Shown piece by piece: positions 59,995 through 64,000 of a stretch of DNA of 64,000 nucleotides. Within the stretch, counting starts at the first letter, position 1, and each line of letters starts with the position of its first letter. The notes below the pieces were generated by a model, which worked only from the letters and a program-made list of their open reading frames with translations, searched no databases and had not been told where the DNA came from. This stretch comes from Gemmatimonadaceae bacterium (GTDB lineage Bacteria > Gemmatimonadota > Gemmatimonadetes > Gemmatimonadales > Gemmatimonadaceae): the NCBI GenBank assembly GCA_031360575.1, contig JANMBU010000056.1:1376-65375 (forward strand), given 5' to 3'. The translations under genes and the position numbers were made by a program.

Positions 59995-61821
59995 ATGTGT
60001 GGCATTGTCGGATACGTCGGACCGCGTGAAGCGACGCCGGTCCTGCTCTCGGGGCTGAAGCGGCTGGAGTATCGCGGCTACGACTCAGCCGGTGTCGTCC
60101 TCCTCAACGGGAAGGGACTCGAGACGCGTAAGGCAGTGGGCAAGATCGCGATGCTCGAGAGCGTAGTCACCGCCGATCCGATCCTTGGCACGACGGGCAT
60201 CGGCCACACGCGCTGGGCGACCCACGGGGTGCCTAACGAGTGCAATGCGCATCCGCATCATGACTGTTCCGGCACAATCGCAGTCGTGCATAACGGGATC
60301 ATCGAGAACTTTGGCGCGCTGCGGAACATGCTCGAGCAGCACGGCCACACCTTCGTGTCGGAGACCGATACCGAGGTGCTGGCCCACCTGATCGAGGCGG
60401 CGTTCGACGGAAACCTCGAGGAGGCGGTGACCGACACGCTGCACCTCGTCGAGGGGACGTACGGGATCGCCGTCGTGAGCAGCAAGGATCCGGGGAAGAT
60501 CGTCGCGGCGCGAAAGGGAAGCCCGCTGCTCCTTGGACTGGGCGACGGGGAGAATTTCCTGGCGAGCGACGTCGCCGCGATCCTGCAGTATACGCGCGAC
60601 GTGGTCTATCTCGACGACGGCGAGATGGCGGTGATCACCGCCGACAGCTACAAGGTGTTCGACCTCCAGTCGATCGCGCGGGAGAAGCGCGTGAACAAGA
60701 TCGATTGGGACCTCGACATGATCGAGAAGGGCGGCTTCGCGCACTTCATGCTCAAGGAGATTTTCGAGCAGCCGACGACGATCGAGAACACGATGCGCGG
60801 CCGTCTGGTCGTCGAGGACGGCTTCTCGAAGCTGGGTGGGCTCAACCTGACGAAGGAAGAGCTGCTCAACATCGACAACATCGTCATAACGGCGTGCGGA
60901 ACGAGCTGGCATTCGGCGCTGATCGGCGAGCTGCTGATCGAGGAGCTGGCGCGCATCCCGGTCGAGGTCGAGTATGCGTCGGAGTTTCGCTACAGGAACC
61001 CGATCATCACGCCGCGCACGCTGTGCATCGTGATCTCACAGTCGGGGGAAACGGCGGATACCCTGGCAGCGATGCGCGAGGCGAAGCGGCGCGGCGCGAA
61101 GACGCTCGGCCTGGTGAACGTCGTCGGCTCGACGATCGCGCGGGAAGACGACGGCGGCATCTACCTGCACGCTGGTCCGGAGATCGGCGTGGCGAGCACG
61201 AAAGCGTTCACCAGCCAGGTGATCGCCCTGCTGCTGCTGACGCTGAAGCTGGCGCGGTTGCGCGACCTGTCGGTGGTGCGTGGCCGCGAGATTGCGCTCG
61301 CGATGCTCGAGCTCCCGGGGCAGATCCAGCAGATTCTCGACCGGGCGCCGGAGATCGAGGCGGTGGCGGAGAAGTTCATGGACGCGACCAATTTTCTCTA
61401 TCTGGGACGCGGACTGAACTTTCCCGTCGCGCTCGAGGGCGCATTGAAGCTGAAGGAGATCAGCTACATCCACGCCGAGGGGTACCCGGCGGCCGAGATG
61501 AAGCATGGACCGATCGCGCTCATTGATGCGAACATGCCGGTGGTCTTCATCGCACCGCACGATGCGGTGTTCGAGAAGGTCGTGTCGAACGTCCAGGAAG
61601 TGAAGGCGCGCGGCGGACGGGTGATCGTGCTGACGAGCCGCGATGAGCCGGGCTTGAAGAAGCTGGTCGACCACGAATTCCGCATTCCGGAGACGCTGGA
61701 CATGCTGTATCCGGTGCTGGCGGCGATCCCGCTGCAACTGCTGGCGTACTATATCGCCGCGAAGCGCGGGTTGAACGTGGACCAGCCGCGGAACCTGGCG
61801 AAGTCGGTGACGGTGGAGTAG
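59995..61821 (+). CDS. glmS: glutamine-fructose-6-phosphate aminotransferase
   Basis: 608 aa with the N-terminal 'MCGIVGY', two SIS domains and C-terminal 'NLAKSVTVE'. Confidence 0.95.
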   Translation: MCGIVGYVGPREATPVLLSGLKRLEYRGYDSAGVVLLNGKGLETRKAVGKIAMLESVVTADPILGTTGIGHTRWATHGVPNECNAHPHHDCSGTIAVVHNGIIENFGALRNMLEQHGHTFVSETDTEVLAHLIEAAFDGNLEEAVTDTLHLVEGTYGIAVVSSKDPGKIVAARKGSPLLLGLGDGENFLASDVAAILQYTRDVVYLDDGEMAVITADSYKVFDLQSIAREKRVNKIDWDLDMIEKGGFAHFMLKEIFEQPTTIENTMRGRLVVEDGFSKLGGLNLTKEELLNIDNIVITACGTSWHSALIGELLIEELARIPVEVEYASEFRYRNPIITPRTLCIVISQSGETADTLAAMREAKRRGAKTLGLVNVVGSTIAREDDGGIYLHAGPEIGVASTKAFTSQVIALLLLTLKLARLRDLSVVRGREIALAMLELPGQIQQILDRAPEIEAVAEKFMDATNFLYLGRGLNFPVALEGALKLKEISYIHAEGYPAAEMKHGPIALIDANMPVVFIAPHDAVFEKVVSNVQEVKARGGRVIVLTSRDEPGLKKLVDHEFRIPETLDMLYPVLAAIPLQLLAYYIAAKRGLNVDQPRNLAKSVTVE

Positions 61822-61851
61822 GGGACACCGCGCGGGGCGTTCGGTCGGAGC

Positions 61852-61900
61852 AGTAAGCCATAAGTCATTAGCTGTTAGCCATTAGCTGTTAGCGTTGAGC
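61852..61900. repeat. seven tandem heptamers (consensus nnTTAGC), including a perfect 14-bp duplication
   Basis: The run reads AGTAAGC CATAAGT CATTAGC TGTTAGC CATTAGC TGTTAGC GTTGAGC. CATTAGCTGTTAGC occurs twice (61866-79 and 61880-93). It lies in the glmS-dtd intergenic region. Confidence 0.85.
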
Positions 61901-61989
61901 GACGGCGGAACGGCAACAGGCGACAGCGGGCGGACCGTTAGGCGAGCGGCGGCGGTACGGCAGGTGGGGCTCAGCTACCATCCCTTGGA

Positions 61990-62442
61990 ATGCGAATCCT
62001 GTTGCAGCGGGTAGCGAGGGCGGAGGTGCGGGTCCGGATGCCCGATGGGTCTTCGCGGCCGTCGGGACGGATCGGGCGCGGGTATGTGCTGCTCGTCGGA
62101 ATCACGCACGACGACACTGACGAGCGGGCGGCATGGATGGCGGACAAGGTTGCCGGGCTGCGGTTGTTCGGCGACGGCGAGGGGAAGATGAACCTCGCGC
62201 TTGGCGACGTTGGGGGCGGGGTGCTCGCGGTTTCGCAGTTCACGCTCTACGGCGATGCGGCGAAGGGGCGGCGCCCGAGCTTCATCGACGCGGCGCGGCC
62301 GGAGATCGCCGAGCCGCTCTACGCCCGCTTCGTCGCGATGCTGCGGGCGCGGAGCCTAACGGTCGAGACGGGAGAGTTCGGGGCGATGATGGATGTGGAA
62401 CTGGTGAACGACGGACCGGTCACGCTCTGGCTCGAGCGATGA
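61990..62442 (+). CDS. dtd: D-aminoacyl-tRNA deacylase
   Basis: 150 aa with 'MRILLQRV' and 'SQFTLYGD...GRRPSF'. Confidence 0.9.
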   Translation: MRILLQRVARAEVRVRMPDGSSRPSGRIGRGYVLLVGITHDDTDERAAWMADKVAGLRLFGDGEGKMNLALGDVGGGVLAVSQFTLYGDAAKGRRPSFIDAARPEIAEPLYARFVAMLRARSLTVETGEFGAMMDVELVNDGPVTLWLER

Positions 62443-63053
62443 CCATCGCACCGGAGCTCGTGCTCGCGTCGCAGTCGCCGCGGCGGCGCGAACTGCTCGC
62501 GCTGATCGGACTGGCGCACGACGTCCGTCCGGCGAACATCGACGAATCGCACCAGAGCGGAGAGACGCCCGAGGGTCACTGCGAGCGCCTGGCGCGGGGA
62601 AAGGCGATGGCCCTGCGCGGAAGCGTCAATGCGGATGCGGTGATCGTCGGGAGCGACACCATCGTCGTCGTCGACGGGGAGGTGCTGGGAAAACCGGATG
62701 GGGCGAACGACGCGGCGCGGATGCTCCGGCTGTTGAGTGGCCGCTCACATACGGTGCTCACCGCGGTGGCGGTCGCGCGAGGCGCGCGAATCGAGAGTTC
62801 GGTCGAGCGGGTCTCGGTCACCTTCCGCCAACTGAGCGACGCGGAGATCGCCGCATATATCGCGACGCGCGAGCCGATGGACAAGGCGGGCGCATACGGT
62901 ATTCAGGGATTTGGTGCGACGATCGTGTCGCGGATCGACGGCGACTATTTTGCGGTGATGGGACTTGCGCTCAACCTCCTCGTGCGATTGCTCGCGCGGG
63001 TGGGGCTGCGCTACGAGTTCGGACGGCTCGTCGAGACAGCGCCCATCCCGTAA
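62439..63053 (+). CDS. maf: Maf-like nucleoside triphosphate pyrophosphatase
   Basis: ATG 62439 overlaps the dtd TGA (ATGA). Contains '[14 protein letters not shown]' and '[10 protein letters not shown]'. Confidence 0.88.
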   Translation: MTIAPELVLASQSPRRRELLALIGLAHDVRPANIDESHQSGETPEGHCERLARGKAMALRGSVNADAVIVGSDTIVVVDGEVLGKPDGANDAARMLRLLSGRSHTVLTAVAVARGARIESSVERVSVTFRQLSDAEIAAYIATREPMDKAGAYGIQGFGATIVSRIDGDYFAVMGLALNLLVRLLARVGLRYEFGRLVETAPIP

Positions 63054-64000
63054 CGCGACGCGTAGGCCGTTCGCCACAGTTCGACGCGATCAAGGACGGC
63101 ACGGACCGTGATGCGCGGCATGCGGCCCGGCCGGTTCTCCATCGACACGGGGTAATCCTCGCCCGGGTCTCCGTAGGCGTCGATCATGAGATCGTGGAAC
63201 TTGCGATACGGCCCGACTCGTTTCGGGTTCGAGTACGCGATGAGCGACACTACCGGGCGGTCGAGCGCGACCGTCACGTGCAGCGGACCGGTATCCGGCG
63301 AGAGCACCAGTGCCGATCCATCGATGATCGACACCAGGCGGCGCAGGCCACTGCCTAACGCTGATACCGGAGTGCAGCGGGTGTTGTCCATGATGGCGCG
63401 CTCGGCCGCCAGCTCGCGCGACGAACGCCCGCCGACAAGCACTGGCTGCAGGCCGAAGTCGTGCCAGAGTGCATCGCAGACCGCTGCCCACCGGTCAGGC
63501 ATCCAGTCCTTGTCCGCCTTGCTCGTCGCGACGACGATGCTGGCAGTCGGCCGCTCGAGCGCGCCGAAAAACTCGCGCTGCCACGGCCGCTCCTCCGGCC
63601 AGGGACCGAGCCGCCATTGCACCGGACCGGCGGGCACGCCTAACGGCTCGAGGAACTCGAGATACTGGTCCTGGACATGCTGCATCGCGTGCGGGTCGAT
63701 GCGACGGTTGGTGAACAGCCAGTTGAGGTCGCGCGCGCGGGCTCGATCGAAGCCGAGCTTGACGTCGGCCGGTGTAATTGCAGCGACGATGCCTGCCTTG
63801 AAGTAAACCTGCAGGGCGAGGGCGACGTCGAAGCGACGCGACGCGAGCTGGCGGCGCAGGTCGAGATAGGCGCGCGGTCCCTTCGACCGGTCGAAGAGGA
63901 GAATCTCGTCAACGGATTCGTGGCCGCGGACGAGGCCGGCCGGCCCGGGCTGCATGATCCAGCTGATTCGCGCGGTCGGATGCGCGCGCTTGATGGCGTT
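63011..64000 (-). CDS. glycosyltransferase family 9 (heptosyltransferase-like), 5' end beyond the window
   Basis: Contains 'FDVALALQVYFKAG' and 'VLSPDTGPLHVTVAL'. The frame stays open to 64000 ('NAIKRAHPTARISW...'). The 3' end overlaps maf by 43 nt. Confidence 0.75.
   Translation of the reverse strand, partial: NAIKRAHPTARISWIMQPGPAGLVRGHESVDEILLFDRSKGPRAYLDLRRQLASRRFDVALALQVYFKAGIVAAITPADVKLGFDRARARDLNWLFTNRRIDPHAMQHVQDQYLEFLEPLGVPAGPVQWRLGPWPEERPWQREFFGALERPTASIVVATSKADKDWMPDRWAAVCDALWHDFGLQPVLVGGRSSRELAAERAIMDNTRCTPVSALGSGLRRLVSIIDGSALVLSPDTGPLHVTVALDRPVVSLIAYSNPKRVGPYRKFHDLMIDAYGDPGEDYPVSMENRPGRMPRITVRAVLDRVELWRTAYASRYGMGAVSTSRPNS

Noticed and set aside
61852-61900. CRISPR array
   Set aside because: The repeats are contiguous 7-14-nt units with no spacers, and no cas genes are in the window.

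Overview
High-GC (about two-thirds G+C by eye) bacterial chromosomal window. It is densely coding, with about 60 CDS, and many neighbours share 1-4 nt start/stop overlaps. I found no rRNA, tRNA, CRISPR array, transposase or integrase. Gene content, left to right: (1) a Phe/Tyr-to-acetoacetyl-CoA catabolic cluster (aacS, phhA, hppD, a FAH-like ORF, hmgA, an aminotransferase); (2) an M20 peptidase, an MFS transporter and secreted or lipoproteins; (3) an IDH3-like dehydrogenase; (4) gcdH-etfBA plus a membrane Fe-S 'EtfD-like' oxidoreductase; (5) moeA, mobA, a PTPS-like gene and dacB; (6) gpmI; (7) a peptidoglycan 3-3 cross-link block (SH3b protein, pseudo-Ldt, Ldt, two tandem MepK-like M15 peptidases); (8) guaB, an APC permease, nrnA, apbC and a MATE transporter; (9) a five-gene ECF-sigma envelope-stress-like operon; (10) ubiE, a SET-domain protein, a Cho-like nuclease-mutM-purD-M48 operon and a trans-sulfuration enzyme; (11) a receiver-HD-GYP regulator, an acyl-CoA ligase and an MCP; (12) a glmM-like gene, glmS, dtd, maf and a partial GT9 glycosyltransferase. 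The most striking signal is not a gene. The non-palindromic word CGTTAGGC/GCCTAACG occurs about once per 1.4 kb on both strands, roughly 7-15 times more often than base composition predicts. It sits mostly inside genes, in the reading frames that cost only one rare codon (typically TTA-GGC for Leu-Gly). In this it behaves like a DNA-uptake or genome-marking sequence. Secondary points of interest are a catalytic Ldt paired with a Cys-to-Ser pseudo-Ldt next to duplicated MepK-like peptidases with a structured leader, the ECF operon architecture, a degenerate FAH-fold ORF in the homogentisate pathway, and several repeat or hairpin elements in intergenic regions. All calls come from reading the sequence and the ORF track; no searches were run.
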